Assembly: GCF_016433145.1 (NCBI RefSeq)
Contig: NC_058132.1
Location: 251,306,911-251,370,910 of the forward strand
DNA length: 64,000 bases
Source of the DNA: Gracilinanus agilis
Lineage: Eukaryota
Reading direction: 5' to 3'
Shown here: positions 48,921 to 61,848 of the stretch, piece after piece
Layout: every line of letters starts with the position of its first letter
How positions within the stretch are numbered: position 1 is the stretch's first letter
Notes under the pieces: model-generated
The model's input: only the letters and a program-made list of their open reading frames with translations
Databases searched by the model: none
What the model was told of the DNA's origin: nothing
Translations under genes and position numbers: made by a program

Positions 48921-51547
48921 AAAAGTTGATTATGTTTGCTTAGTTAAAATTATTTGCTTTAGTGGTATGGAAGAATTTGAGTCTCATTTCCTGGTATGAA
49001 CTATAACTCTTGTAGAAATTAAATATACATTTGTGTGTATGTAAACACTCATGTATGTATATATAATATACAGAAAACCTATTTCTCTATGCATGTGTGT
49101 ATACAAATATACATACATGCATACATACACATACATATATATACACTCAAATATACATATACCACATAAATATATCATCTAGTCAGAAATGAGTCTCCTA
49201 CTATTTAATTGTTCCTTTTTCGCTATTCAAATTAACTCTACCTCTGGTACTTCAATTTTTGGTTTTATTTTTAAATTTTATTTAATTTTTTAAAAAACCT
49301 TTATCTTCTGTCCGAGTATCAATTCTAAGACAGAAGAGCAGGAAGGGCTAAGCAATTGGGGTTAAGTTATTTGCCCAGGGAGACATAGCTAGGAAGTATC
49401 TGAGGCTGGATTTGAACCCTCTAATTTTGTTTTTAAAGATAATTCTGCACTTCTTATTAAGGAGTGGAAAAATATTTCTTAAATAGGTACTTAAGTGTTT
49501 ATGGAATAATTTAACTTAAATTTAATTTAATTTAATCTTAAGTAGGTACTTAAATGCTTATGGAATCATTTAATACACAGAAATCAGACTGCTCATTCAG
49601 GGTGAATAGCAATTTATATGAGGGGAGTTTATGTCTATTGATTCTCTATAACTTGAAGGGAAGCTGCAAAAAAAAGTTGTTGGTTTTCTTTTTCCAAGAG
49701 CAGGTAAAATTTTTGAACTTATTTACAGGGCTAATATAGATAACAATAAACTATGAAGAAGCTACTTTCAAATTAAGATAACATTCTGTTTCCATTTTTG
49801 CATTTCATCCACATTTTGCCATGCTTTCATGAATGCTCTGATAAGCATACTTCATTAATTTTTCAATATTAGAAGAGATTATTTTGTTCATTAACACAAC
49901 CACTGCCATCTGCTTCTTATGATCTATATATAAAACAAATGGAACTGTTAATTGACTTTTAGAAAGTGAGGAGTGGGACAGACTGTCTTCCAAAGTCTAG
50001 CATTCTAAAGCATTTTTGATACAAAATAGATTGTTGCCAACTCCTTTAAAATATTAAGAGGAAAACGTCCAATTATAACCAGAGTATCGTCTCTCCATTT
50101 AGCACATGCCCACTTTTTACATAATTCAACTCAGTAAGTATTAAGTGTCCACCAGTATAAGGTACAATGTGAGGTGATGGGAATAATACAAGACAAAAAC
50201 AACAAAAACAGTGACTGTCCTCACGGATCTTTCATTTTATTGGCGGGGATAAGGAATACAACATATACAATGACAAGTACAATGAGAGAAGGGGGCAAGA
50301 AAAAGATCAAATAAAGAACCCTAGGAAAATATGAATAGAGAGAAAGTGCCAGTAACTAGGAAGGAACAGGGAAAGCTCTGTGGGAGAGGTGGGAGTGCAA
50401 TCTAGGCCTGAGAACTTGGGTGAATGCACAGAAGTGGTGGTTGGATTTGTACCATGTTTCATCTAACCCTTCTCCAAATAAATTCTTATAGGTCATTAAC
50501 ATGCTGATATTTTCCCAAATTCTATTCTTCATACTTGGTACTACACCATTTCCAAATGGCAATAAGGAGATGAAAGGAAGCCACACACAGGTCATTTTGG
50601 TCATGAACGGTGGCAATGAAACTGTTTCCAGTGTGCTCTTGGCTATTAAATGAGTAAAAATACTATTTTCTCTAATTATCTTCAAACCTTGAGGTTGTGA
50701 TGCCTTTCTACACTGTTTTTCAAGTCACTAGAACCTAAATTTCTAATATTAGGATAGGGCTTGGAGGTGATAGAATAATTACACAATCCAAAGCAATGTT
50801 TTTCAATAGTACATATAGCACTGAATAGCTTATTGTTCTTGCTTTTATATCTTGAAAGTCACTGAAATTCCAATTAAAAAATACCCTTGCCATTTACTTA
50901 CCTATCCTCCTTTCATATATGGGTCAGTTATTTAGAGGGAACCACTTCTCAATCTTTAGTCAAACCAGAGACTATCTATGTGAGGGAAACACTTTATTGT
51001 GAAAGACTCTTGCCTAATGCCCTTTAATAAGCTTGATATTGGAACTAGTAGGGGGAACTGACTTTCTGCTACCAAGGCTTATACTCAGATCACGTTCTGC
51101 TTCACATCAAAATTTCCTTTTAAAAAATAAGGGTCTTTTGTTCTGAAGGAGCTTTGGAAAACAAAATAAAACGAAACAAAACAATCAAATCAGAGCAAGC
51201 AAATACTGTGAAAGAGAAGCAAGACACATTCTTGATTTACTATGTATTGGCTGTGTTATAGAGAAGAAAGGTATATTGGCAGATGTGTTGGATTGGCCAG
51301 GGAATTTATTTATGTGCCTAGCTGGGCTCATAGATTTGCTCCTTTTCATTATCAGTTATCATTGGCTAGAAGTCAAATAGTGGTTACTCTTCCCTTTAAA
51401 TGAAATGTATAGACAAAAAACTAATGAGGGTACAAATAATGGGTATGGAACTATATATTTGGCAACCAGAGAAAAGCAAGGCTTACTCTAAGCCATTTCT
51501 TATTATAGCTACTGCGGGTTATATTTAATTTAGAAACTAGCTCTTAC

Positions 51548-51637
51548 TTTCTTATTGATCTCCAGCATTCCTATAAGTGAGAGAGGTATGACTCGAAATA
51601 CAGCAAAGTACAACAGCACAGACGGTTGAATGCCCGC
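51548..51637 (-). CDS. DCAF17: DCAF17 exon 6 (90 bp)
   Basis: AGIQPSVLLYFAVFRVIPLSLIGMLEINKK; tttccag| and |gtaaga. Confidence 0.97.
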
Positions 51638-52689
51638 CTGGAAAGAAAGAGTGAAATTAGAGACAACCCACTAAGCATAGTTCCTATGCTTCAGGCAACA
51701 CTATGTTTTCATAAAGGAGAAAACGTCCATCCATCTAGAATGCAACTAAGAGGCAAACAAGTTAAATTTGACATGAAGAAATAAGTATTCAAAACATCCC
51801 CACAAAACCTTCCATCATTGGAGCATAAAATTGAAAAAATGATTGACACAAACCACAACCGTAAATATTTCTTTGCAGTGAGAGACTCTGGGTTTAGATC
51901 ATAAACTGAAGCCCAGAAAACAAACAAGCTAATCAAGAGAAGCACAGCTATCAAGGCTCAATGTATCATTTAAAATTAGCATCATGTTGATAAGAACAGC
52001 AGGTCTGCAGGAAAAGAAGGAAAAAAATGCTGCAAGAACTTGTCTGGATTTTTTTCTTTTTGAAGAAGGGACTCTGACTGGAATGACATGGTCAGGCCAG
52101 TTCCTTTACACAATACAATGAAATGCAAAAAATGTTCTCAAATGGATCTATGGGACATTACTGGGAATTTTCTGAGTTCCAAAAGATGAATCACGGAACT
52201 TTTCCATTCCTAAAGCAAGGGAAGGTGATAGGGTGGGGTAAAAAGGAAAAAAAGAGAGGCAATGATTTTTTCAGTCTTATACTTTGTAGATTATGGCAAA
52301 GGAACTAGGGACAGAGTGCTATTTTTTATAGCTGTAGGGTTGGAAGGAACATGAGAGGACAAATCCAAACTACTCCTTTTTGCAAATGAGGAAACTGAGA
52401 TTAAGAGAAGTTAAGTAACAAAGGCAGGATATAGCCAAACCGGATTCAATCCCAGGTCCTTTACCCCAGATCCAGCTCTCTTTTCACCTGTGCCACATTG
52501 CTCTTAAATCAGAGAAAGGTCCTGGAGAAAACATGTGCCAACTCTTTTGTTAACTTTAAAGTGCTATATAGAGGAGCTACTATTGTTATTCTTCAGGGGA
52601 AGATATGACTGGGCTTTGTATGTGTCAAAGACATGTTGGAGAAAACAAAGAAAGGACGGGAGAAAGCTCATGCATGGGAGGAATCAGTT

Positions 52690-53760
52690 AATAGGCATTT
52701 ATCAAGTTCTTCTTATGCATTATGCACGCTGCTAAGCCCTGGGGATGCAAAGAAATATGTTTGTCCTCAAGGAGTCCACATTCTAATAATGGAGATCATA
52801 AGTAAATAAAGAGGTGTGTGTATACAGACACACACATACAACACATCATACATATATGTGGTTTATACAGAATACACCAAAGGCACTCTCATAGGGGATG
52901 ACACTAGCCAGCTGGGGAAAGTCCTCTTTTAGGAGGTGGGATTTGAGCTGCACCAGAGAAGCTGAGGGGAGAGGTGAGGAGAGAGCTTTCTGGACCTGAG
53001 GGACAACCAGTGAAAAAGTACAGAGAAGGGAGATGGAGCATCCAGCAAGAAGGTCATGTTGTTTGAGGTGAGTAAAGTATCAGAAGATAGAAAAGAAATG
53101 AAAGGAAGGGAAGGGAAGCTTATGTATGCAAAGGATTTATGAACAGTTTTAAATATAAAAGTCCATGTTTGATTCTGGAAATAATAGGGAGCCCTGGAGT
53201 TTATTGCATGCAGGAGTAACATAGTTAGATCTGCTCCTTTGGAGCAGCTAAGTGGAGGATGGGTTGTAGTAGGGAAAAGACTTGAGGCAGGCTGGCCAAC
53301 CAGAAGGCCATCACAATAGTCCAGGTGTGAGGTAGGAGGCCCTGCATGAGGTGGGGGCCACAAGGGTGGAGAGAAGGTAACATATGTAAAGGATGCTGGA
53401 AAAGGTTCAGTTTTGGATATTTTAAGTTTGATATCCCTGTAGCATTTTAATTGGTGAAGTCCAAAAGGCAGTTGGTGATAGGAGACAAGTATTCAGGAGA
53501 CCAGGATTAGATATATAGATGTGGGTGTCATCTACAAAGAGATAACTGTGCTCATGAGAGAGGATGGGATTTGAATAGAATGAGAAGAGGGCACAGGATA
53601 AAACTTTGAGGCATGTCTACATTTAGTGAGCATGAGTTGGACAAAAAGCCAGTAAAAGAGATTGAGAAGTAGAAGAAAGCAGAGAACATGGTCTATTGGC
53701 AAGTTAAATGAAAGGGGGGAGAAAGAAATGAGAAGAAATGAAAGCAGTGTTTAGTGCATG
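52690..53760 (-). mobile_element. L2 3' portion, reverse
   Basis: Reverse L2 tail (gcatttatcaag...gctaagccctggggatgc) and purine-rich reverse ORF2 remnants. Boundaries approximate. Confidence 0.75.
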
Positions 53761-54329
53761 AAGGCTGTAAAGTCAAGAGTAAGATACACAGACCTGACAT
53801 GGAAGGTAACAGTGAAAAACTGACAGATTTTAAGAGGTGGCAAAAGAGAAGAGATTTCAAGCACTTTATTTTATATGTAAGGCACTATGCAAAGTTAGGT
53901 AGAGGCTCATTTACTGGAGTGGAGTTAATGATTTCAATTCCTGCCTCAGATACTTATTAGCTGTGTGACTCTGCCTGACTCAGTTTCCTCACATGTAAAA
54001 TGGGGATAGTAGTAGCACCTACCTCTGAGTTGTTGGGAGGATAAATTATTATTAAAGTGCCTTAAAGAACTCTATTACTATCATTATAAAAGGAGGGACT
54101 ACATGTTGTAGCCAGGGAGACTGGAAAATTCAAGCTGGAGGTGATCAAAGCTGGAACTAGGGTTATTGCTGGGCTGTTAGGGGAAGAGGTAATTTTCTTA
54201 GATATTATTGGGATCAGGAAACTGGGGGCCAATGAGGGTAGAGAGTGGGTGAAGCAATAATAAGCATGGAAAACAAGTTTTACGTTCACAGAAAAAAATA
54301 AAATGCTGTTTAATAACAGCCTAGATTGA

Positions 54330-56010
54330 CACCCTCATTTCCTTCTCAGGCCATCATGCATACAATAGCTAAACTCTCTTCCCTTCCCTACCTCAGCTCC
54401 TTGGTTCCAGGTTCCAATTTCCAGGCTATCCTCTGACTTGAGTCCCTTGCCTCCTTGTTCTATTGCCCATCATGCCTTGTCAGGCTCTAACCTTTGGAAT
54501 ACTCCCATCTTCACTCCTATTCATGTGCTGCTGAATGGAGATGTAGAAAGCTGTGAAAACGTGATGACTGGGTCTGCTACAAATTTATACATAATCTCAA
54601 CAGGGTCCTCATTGCTGTAGGACATTCTTTTTATATATTTCACAGACAATTCCCTCTCCCACTCACCACGGCAACTATTCTAAACCTTTTTCATCCAATT
54701 TCGAGCTTCCCAAAATGTTCTCAATTGCATCCTATCTTCCAAAAGATTGTTCCTTTTGACATCCTTCAATTTCTCCCTTCCTACTGGTTCCTTCCATGAT
54801 GCTACTACAAATGTGCCATTGTCTCCCTCATCCTTAAAATCCTGCATTTGATCCTACTAGTCCTGCTAGGTAACTCTGAAGCCTCTCCTCCCCTTAGTGG
54901 CTCCTCTCTGAGAAAGTCCTCTACCTTGGGTGCCTCCACTTCCCCTCCTTCCCTTTTACACTCTGAAATATAGCTTCTGACATCAACAGAAACTACTTTT
55001 TCAAATATTACCAATGTTATTTACTGGCCAAATAGAATGGCCTTTTCTCATTACTCATCCTTTTTGATATCTCTGTAGCCTTTGACACTTGCTAATCATG
55101 TTCTTCTCCAGTACACCCTTCTCTCTCTCCTAAGTTTTTTGTGACACTACTCACTCCTGGTCTTTCTCTGACCTATATGACCACTTCTCAGTCTTCTTTG
55201 CTGGATCTTCATTCAGGTCACACATGCTAACCATAAACATCCCTCCAAAACTCTGTGATGAATTCATTTATATTTATCCTCAATAACATCTCACTTATTG
55301 ATCTCATCAGCTCCCATGAATTCAGTTATTATGTCTATGCAGCTCTAATCTTTTTCCTGGGTTCCAATCTCCAAGTGCCTCTTAGACATTCTGAACTGAA
55401 TTCTTATAGGCACTTCAAACTCAAATATCCAAAGCAGAATTCAAGCCTTCCCACCCCCAAACTCACCTCTCTTCTCAACCTATCACTGTTGAGTGTATCA
55501 CTGTCTTCCAATATCACCATCCTCCTCAATAAACTTCAGTGATATCAATAAACTTCAGTGATATCCCCTAAGATAAAATATTAAATCCTGTAATTGCTAT
55601 TTAAAGGCCTTCACATCCCTCCTGACCTTTTCATCTTCTTACACTTGCCTCCCATTCAAATACTCTTATGATCCAGTGACACTGGCCTTTTTGCTCTTCC
55701 TCTGAAAGAATGCTCCATCTCCCTTCTCCATGACTCTCTACTGGCTGTCCTAGAATGTTCTCCCTCCTCACCCCTCCTCCTGACTCTCCTCGATTTCTTT
55801 TAATGCTCAGTTCAAATCCTACCTTCTGAAAGTCTTTCCCCAACTGCTACTGCCTTTCCTTCTAAGATTTCCTCTCATTTTTACTCTATCATTTGGACAT
55901 CTCCATTTTTGATCTCCCTGATTTGAATGTGAACCCCTTGAGGTCAGGGGCTGTGTTTTAGCCTTTCTTGGTGTCCTTAGCACTTAGAAATATGCTTGAC
56001 ACAGAGTAAA
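54330..56010 (+). mobile_element. L2 ORF2/3' fragment
   Basis: Pyrimidine-rich L2 ORF2 remnants ending in the L2 tail (gtgaaccccttgaggtcagggg...ccttagcac...gacacagagtaaatgct). Boundaries approximate. Confidence 0.75.
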
Positions 56011-56232
56011 TGCTGAGATGGCAAGAAAATGGTATAGAATCAGAATGAGACAGAGCTCCCCAGAGAGAAACGAGTCATCATTTGGAGACTAGAAAAAACC
56101 CATTATATATAATATGGAAAAATAAAACCAGTTACTTGTTTTGTAGTAACATTTCTTCTATAGGCCTCTGTAGACAAAACCTTACAGATCTGACTTTTTT
56201 AATCAACCAAAATGCTAAAAGTCCATATTTAC

Positions 56233-56311
56233 CTGGCGGGCAAGAGCTGTGGCTTTGCTCTGAGCAGATTTGACAACAATGACCTCTTGGGGAGTGTCCC
56301 AGTTCAAATAT
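56233..56311 (-). CDS. DCAF17: DCAF17 exon 5 (79 bp)
   Basis: (R)YLNWDTPQEVIVVKSAQSKATALARQ; AG/GT. Confidence 0.96.
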
Positions 56312-57758
56312 CTTTTTGAAAGAAAAAAAAAAAGAGGCTTATTAATTTGGGATCATCTTTTGGTATATTTTTATTCAAAGATGATGGATACATCCTTTTA
56401 CAAGGCAATGCTATTTAACTAAGAGTGGGCTGTTGGGAGGATCAAATGAGAGAGATATATTTTTGAAAATCCTTACTTTCTAAGTAACAAGTCTAAGACA
56501 GAAGGGCAAGGGCAGCCAACTGGGTTAAATGACTTGCCGAGGGTCACACAACTAGGAAATGTCTGAGGTCAGATTTGAATCCAGATTCTCCTGACTCCAG
56601 GCCTGGTGCTCTATTCACTATGCTAACTAGATGCCTCTCAAATGAAATATCTGGCTCATAGTAGGTGCTTAATCAATGTTTTCTCCCTTTTCTAAAACAA
56701 AATATTTTATTAATATTTGTAAATCACTGAAAAGTTCTGTTAGAATGTGCAAAATAGCGTCTTAAAGTGTAAATGTCTCTTCTTAATAATTTCCAAGGCT
56801 TGGTACTTTAAAATGTTGTGTTTGATCTGCCAGTATCAAAAATTAATTGGTAATAATTAAGATGAAGAAAAGCAAGCATAGACTTTTAAAATGGAAATCT
56901 TATAAAAATCCTAAGTAAACAAGTGATGTTCTATTTCAGCATTCAAATGCACATCCATTTCAAAATGTATCGAATTTGCTTAGTTGATGGTGATAAGCAG
57001 TTGTGAGCATCATCCTGGACTACCTCAGTCAGAAGTAATCCCTCCCTCCTCTGAACTAGCTTGACATTCTGTACCTCTCTTATTTCACTTTCACATTCTA
57101 CCTTTTACTATGATCACTGGCAAACACACATTGATTATCCTACTAGACTATGAGATCAATAAGTGCGGGGGGGTAGTTTCTTCTTATTTGTTTTTTTTAA
57201 TCCTCCATAGGCTCTGTCACAATGCCTTATGCATAGGACCATAGAATTTGGGTTGTAAGGACCTTTAGGGACCACTGAGCCAACTCTCTCATTTTACAGA
57301 TGAGAAAATTGGCTCAAAGTGGCGAAAGGACTTGTCCAAAGTCACAGTGGTGACTGGATTTGAACCCAGGACTTCATGACTCCAAGTCCAATAATTTATC
57401 CAGGCTGCCATTCAAGAATTCAAGGCATAAAAGGAACTAGATGAATATTTATTGACTGAATGAACAAATCAAACTTTTAGAACAAAATAGTCCTTAGAAG
57501 AAATAGCCTGAAATTTGGTGATAAATTTTTTTTAAGACTGGCTTAAATTTTGTTCTACAGTCTAAGATGTAAAGTTTATTTAAGAGACAGGCCAGGTAAA
57601 CAGGGGGCTGGTGTTATAAGTACTCAAATGCCAGTTATGTGTGGGAAACATATCAAAAGGAGAGCTCAATACATTGTAAATCATAAGTCCTGGAAAATAA
57701 GTATAGAGTACTTGCTAATAAAAAACTTGGCCTTAAAAGTGACTTCACAGTTTCATAC

Positions 57759-57895
57759 CTGAATTTGCAATAAGAAGCAAGATAAACTTTCTCTAGTACT
57801 TCTCCATTATTTGCAGATATACGAAGTAGCCAGTTATGAGCAGTGAGTGCTATGAGGGACGATCTGTAATCTGATGGATTGGGCAGTATGTCCCC
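57759..57895 (-). CDS. DCAF17: DCAF17 exon 4 (137 bp)
   Basis: GDILPNPSDYRSSLIALTAHNWLLRISANNGEVLEKVYLASYCKF(R); AG/GT. Confidence 0.97.
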
Positions 57896-59559
57896 CTAGA
57901 CAAAAAATAAGTGAGGTGTGAAAAGTCTGAATTTAGCCATGAACAAGGGAGATGGCCTAGCAGCCAAAGAAAACAGCCAAACGCATAAGGAAAAATTCAA
58001 ACCAAGATGCAGCCTGGGAGAGAGGAACATTAAATGCTCAAGTATACCAGTCCTATTCATTAGGATGGAAGAGAGCTAAGGTTGTGTGTATATAAGGTTG
58101 CATTCATTAATAACTCCTAAAAATAGATCTGTCATAGAAATATGTCTGAAATTTGGCAATTAAGTGCCACATGGAAGAATTTATCCTACTTCTTCTGTCT
58201 TGCTTTATATGACTTCTTTTACTTCAAAACTCTTGTTATATGCCTAAGAAACAAATTATACTAACTGCTTTGCTGTTCACTCTTGGTTCTATTCTAGTCT
58301 CAATCTTTAACAAAATGCTATCTGGGACTAAAAAGCAAAAGGGGAAGGAGAGGTGGACATTCATAGTGGTGCAGGGTCCTTTTACTCTTAATAAATTACT
58401 CCATCCAATAGTTTAGTTGCTGTGCCATCTGGAAGTAGCCCCTAATCTCATTGGGTAGCTGCCACAAGGTGGAAGTCTAATGCAACAAGAAGGAGTGAAG
58501 GGGGAGGGAGCCTGCATTGGGTTTATCAGATAAGAACATGATTGGAAAGATTAAGGGAAATGGGAAATTTCGGATCTAGCCAGTGTTTCCTTAGGCTGAG
58601 AAGAAAGGCTTTGCAGTGAAAAGGAAGCAGACATAGTCATCTCTTCATAAATGGTTGTTAAATAACTAAATTAGTAAATAAATATATTGCATATAGGTAT
58701 GTTAAATCCCCCTTTCACCCTTCTTCCAGATGTCAGGAAAAGTTAAAAAAAAACACAAAACCAAAATAATCCAAGCCCTTCTTGTTTATCTATTCTATAT
58801 TGAGGTTATCACTCTATACTTTAAATAATGCCTAGGTACCAATTCATTTTAAGCTATATATACAACTATACTGGCAATTTTTCCTACCCCTACCTGATTC
58901 ACTCCTCAAGTCTAAGTACAAATAACATTCCTAGACAGTAAAAAGCTTTAAAAGTAGAATATTATCAACAGAATGTTTCTTTTTTTTTTTTTTTGTCTTT
59001 GAATCTCCATTGCTTAGTATAGTTGCTTGACACATAGAAGGTGTTTAATAAATGCTTGCTGATTGACAATACACTTCTAGATATTTTTCCAAGAAAAATG
59101 TTCTTTAATTTCAAATAAAGGGAGGAAAATTGCACAGAGGCAAAGTTAGGAACTAGGCAATAACATCTTCCACTTATGCATGACTGCCCTTTATTTCACT
59201 AGTGGTTTGTCCTGGTATTGTCAAAAAATGCAATTAAATACTGAAGAGGTGGCCTTGTAACCATTAAAAAAGAACTTTAGCAGAAAAGAGCTTTATTTGG
59301 CTTTCATTCTGATACAGTGTAAATTATTTCTTGGCAAAATGAAACAAACCAAGCCATTCTTATGGTTAGAGTTTAGGTTTGCTCTCATACTTTGTACCTT
59401 TGGATGTTAAGAATGCAAAAAATACTGGCTTTAGAGTGAAAAGACCCAGAGGGCCTAGGTTTGAGGTCTAATTCTATAATCTGCTGCTAGCTGAGTGATC
59501 TTAGTCAAGTCACTTCTCTGGAACCCAGTTTCCTAGGCTTTTTTCTAAAAATAGATTTA

Positions 59560-60730
59560 TTATATATTTTTTACCATTCATTAAAAATTTTTTTTAAGTT
59601 CCACATTATTTCCCACCCTTCTCCCACTCATTGAAAAGGGAAGAAATGTGATATCAATTATGCATGTGAAATCATGTAAAATATATTTCCATTTTAGCCA
59701 TGTTGCAAAAAAAAAAAACCACAACAAAAAAAAAGAAGAAAAATAGAGTGAAAAATTATGCTTTAATCTTCATTCAGACTTCAACAATTCTCTCTGGAGG
59801 TAAATAGCATTTTTCATTATAGGTCCTTCGGAATTGTCTTGGATCACTGTATTGATGGGAATAGCTAAATCATGCATATTTGATTATCTTATAATAGTGC
59901 TGTTGGATTGTAAAGTGTTCTCCTCCTTTTGCTTATTTCATTCGGCATCAGTTCATGTAGGTCTTCCCAGAATTTTCTGAAATCATCCTGCTCATCATTT
60001 CTTATAGCACAATATTATTCCATTACAATCATATACCACTACACATGGGCATCTTCATAATTTATCACCACAAAAAGAGCTATTATAAATACTTTTGTAC
60101 AAATAGGTCCTTTTCCTTTTTCTTTGATATCTCTGAGATACACATCTACCAGTGGTATTGCTGATATTAATTTATTGCCCTTTTGATCATAGTTCCATTG
60201 TACTCCAGGATGGTTAACTCAGTTCACAACTTCATGAACAGTATTCATCAAGGTCCCAATTTTTCCATATCCTCTCCAACATTTGTCATTTTCCTTTTCT
60301 GCCAGATTAGCCAATCTGATAAGTATGAGGTTGTATCTCAGAGTAGTTTTAATTTGCATTTCTCTAATCAATAGTGATTTATAGCATTATATGATTACAG
60401 TTTTGAGTTCTTCTGAAAACTGCCTGTTTATACCCTTTGATCATTTATTAATTGGATAATGACTCATATTTCTTTATATATTTGAGATATAAGGTTTTAT
60501 CAGAGAAACTTAGAGCAAAATTTCCCCCCTAGTTTCCTGATTTAATTCTAATTGGCTGTATGTGGGTTTTTTTGTGCAAAACCTTTTAAATTTAATGTGA
60601 TTAAAATTATTCATTTTATTTCCTATGATGATCTCTAACTCTTATTTGGTTGTAAATCCTTCTCTTTTCCATAAATCAAACAAGTAAATTTTTTCATGCT
60701 CCTCTAATTTGCCTATGATATCAAGGCTAA
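59560..60730 (-). mobile_element. L1 3' ~1.2 kb, reverse
   Basis: Reverse complement of the marsupial L1 ORF2 end and 3'UTR. Boundaries approximate. Confidence 0.8.
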
Positions 60731-60809
60731 TAAATGAAAGGGAGGTTGGACTAGATGATATTGAAGATCCCTTCTTCCAGTGCTAACATTTTATTAATCT
60801 ATATCCATG

Positions 60810-61011
60810 GGGTTTTTTTGTGTTTTTTTTTTTAAATCCTTAACCTCTCTGCACTGGTTCCTTGGTGGAAGAGTAGTAAGGGTGGGCAATGGGGGGTCAA
60901 GTGACTTGCCCAGGGTCACATAGCTGGGAACTGTCTGAGGCCAAATATGAACCCAGGACCTCCCATCTCTAGGCCTGACTCTCAATCCACTGAGCTACCC
61001 AGCTGCCCCCC
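60810..61011 (-). mobile_element. SINE-1, reverse
   Basis: Full body with T-tail; ATCCATG repeats at 60803-60809 and 61012-61018. Confidence 0.9.
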
Positions 61012-61757
61012 ATCCATGTTGTTTTGAGCAAAGCTACATTTAAAAAATAAAAACAAAACTATAAATATTATTAATGGAGTAATAGAAAAAAGTTTCCAGA
61101 CTGAGCTATCTACTGGAAAAAATTATTTTATTTTACCTTTTCTCTTGATAAAGGACATAGATTCATATTATATATTCATCTGAAATATCATAACATTCAA
61201 ATAGCTGTGTAATATGATTTTCCCAATAAACAAATACTGTGTATTCATGCTGTTAGGACAGTAGATACAATAATAATTTAATTTTAAAAAAATGTATAAT
61301 AAAGGAAGTTTGATATTAAAATCTCCATCTTTGAAATTTTTGTCATTTGCTAGTCCTCAAAAGTTTTGAATACAAAAATGAATTTTGTTACAAATACTGA
61401 TTAAAAATGAAATTATTCATTTTAATTAATTATTAGTATCAAACTATGAAATCAAATTATTAAATTATGCAAATAATTTAAAATAAATTATCAAACTATG
61501 GGAATTTCCTAATGTTTATTGTTTTGTGATGACCACACAAGGCAATCAAAAGAAATAATTACTTCTTGAATTCCTTGGATTTTCAGAAGATAATCCCCTA
61601 CTGAGTTTCTCTAATCATAAATCATCTCAAATTTCTCTCCTACTTCTAACACTTTGTGATAACTGCCTTTTTGCCCCATATCAATAACAAACTGTCTTTC
61701 TAGAATGAAACAATTTTTTTTACATTTACTAGCAGATTCTGGGAAGACAAGTCTTAC

Positions 61758-61848
61758 CACAGGGCACTCCCACAATAAAGCGTCCTCTATTTTTTCTGAT
61801 TTAGAACACTTTGGCATCTCATAACGCTTTCTTGGCTCTGCTGCAACA
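61758..61848 (-). CDS. DCAF17: DCAF17 exon 3 (91 bp)
   Basis: (S)VAAEPRKRYEMPKCSKSEKIEDALLWECPV; cctcag| and |gtaaga. Confidence 0.97.

Noticed and set aside
49478-49573. 37-bp direct repeat (33/37, period 59)
   Set aside because: Looks like a duplicated decayed L2-tail remnant in AT-rich DNA; no functional signal.
52690-56010. Long dsRNA from inverted L2 copies in intron 5
   Set aside because: Ancient, highly diverged copies; extended pairing is unlikely.
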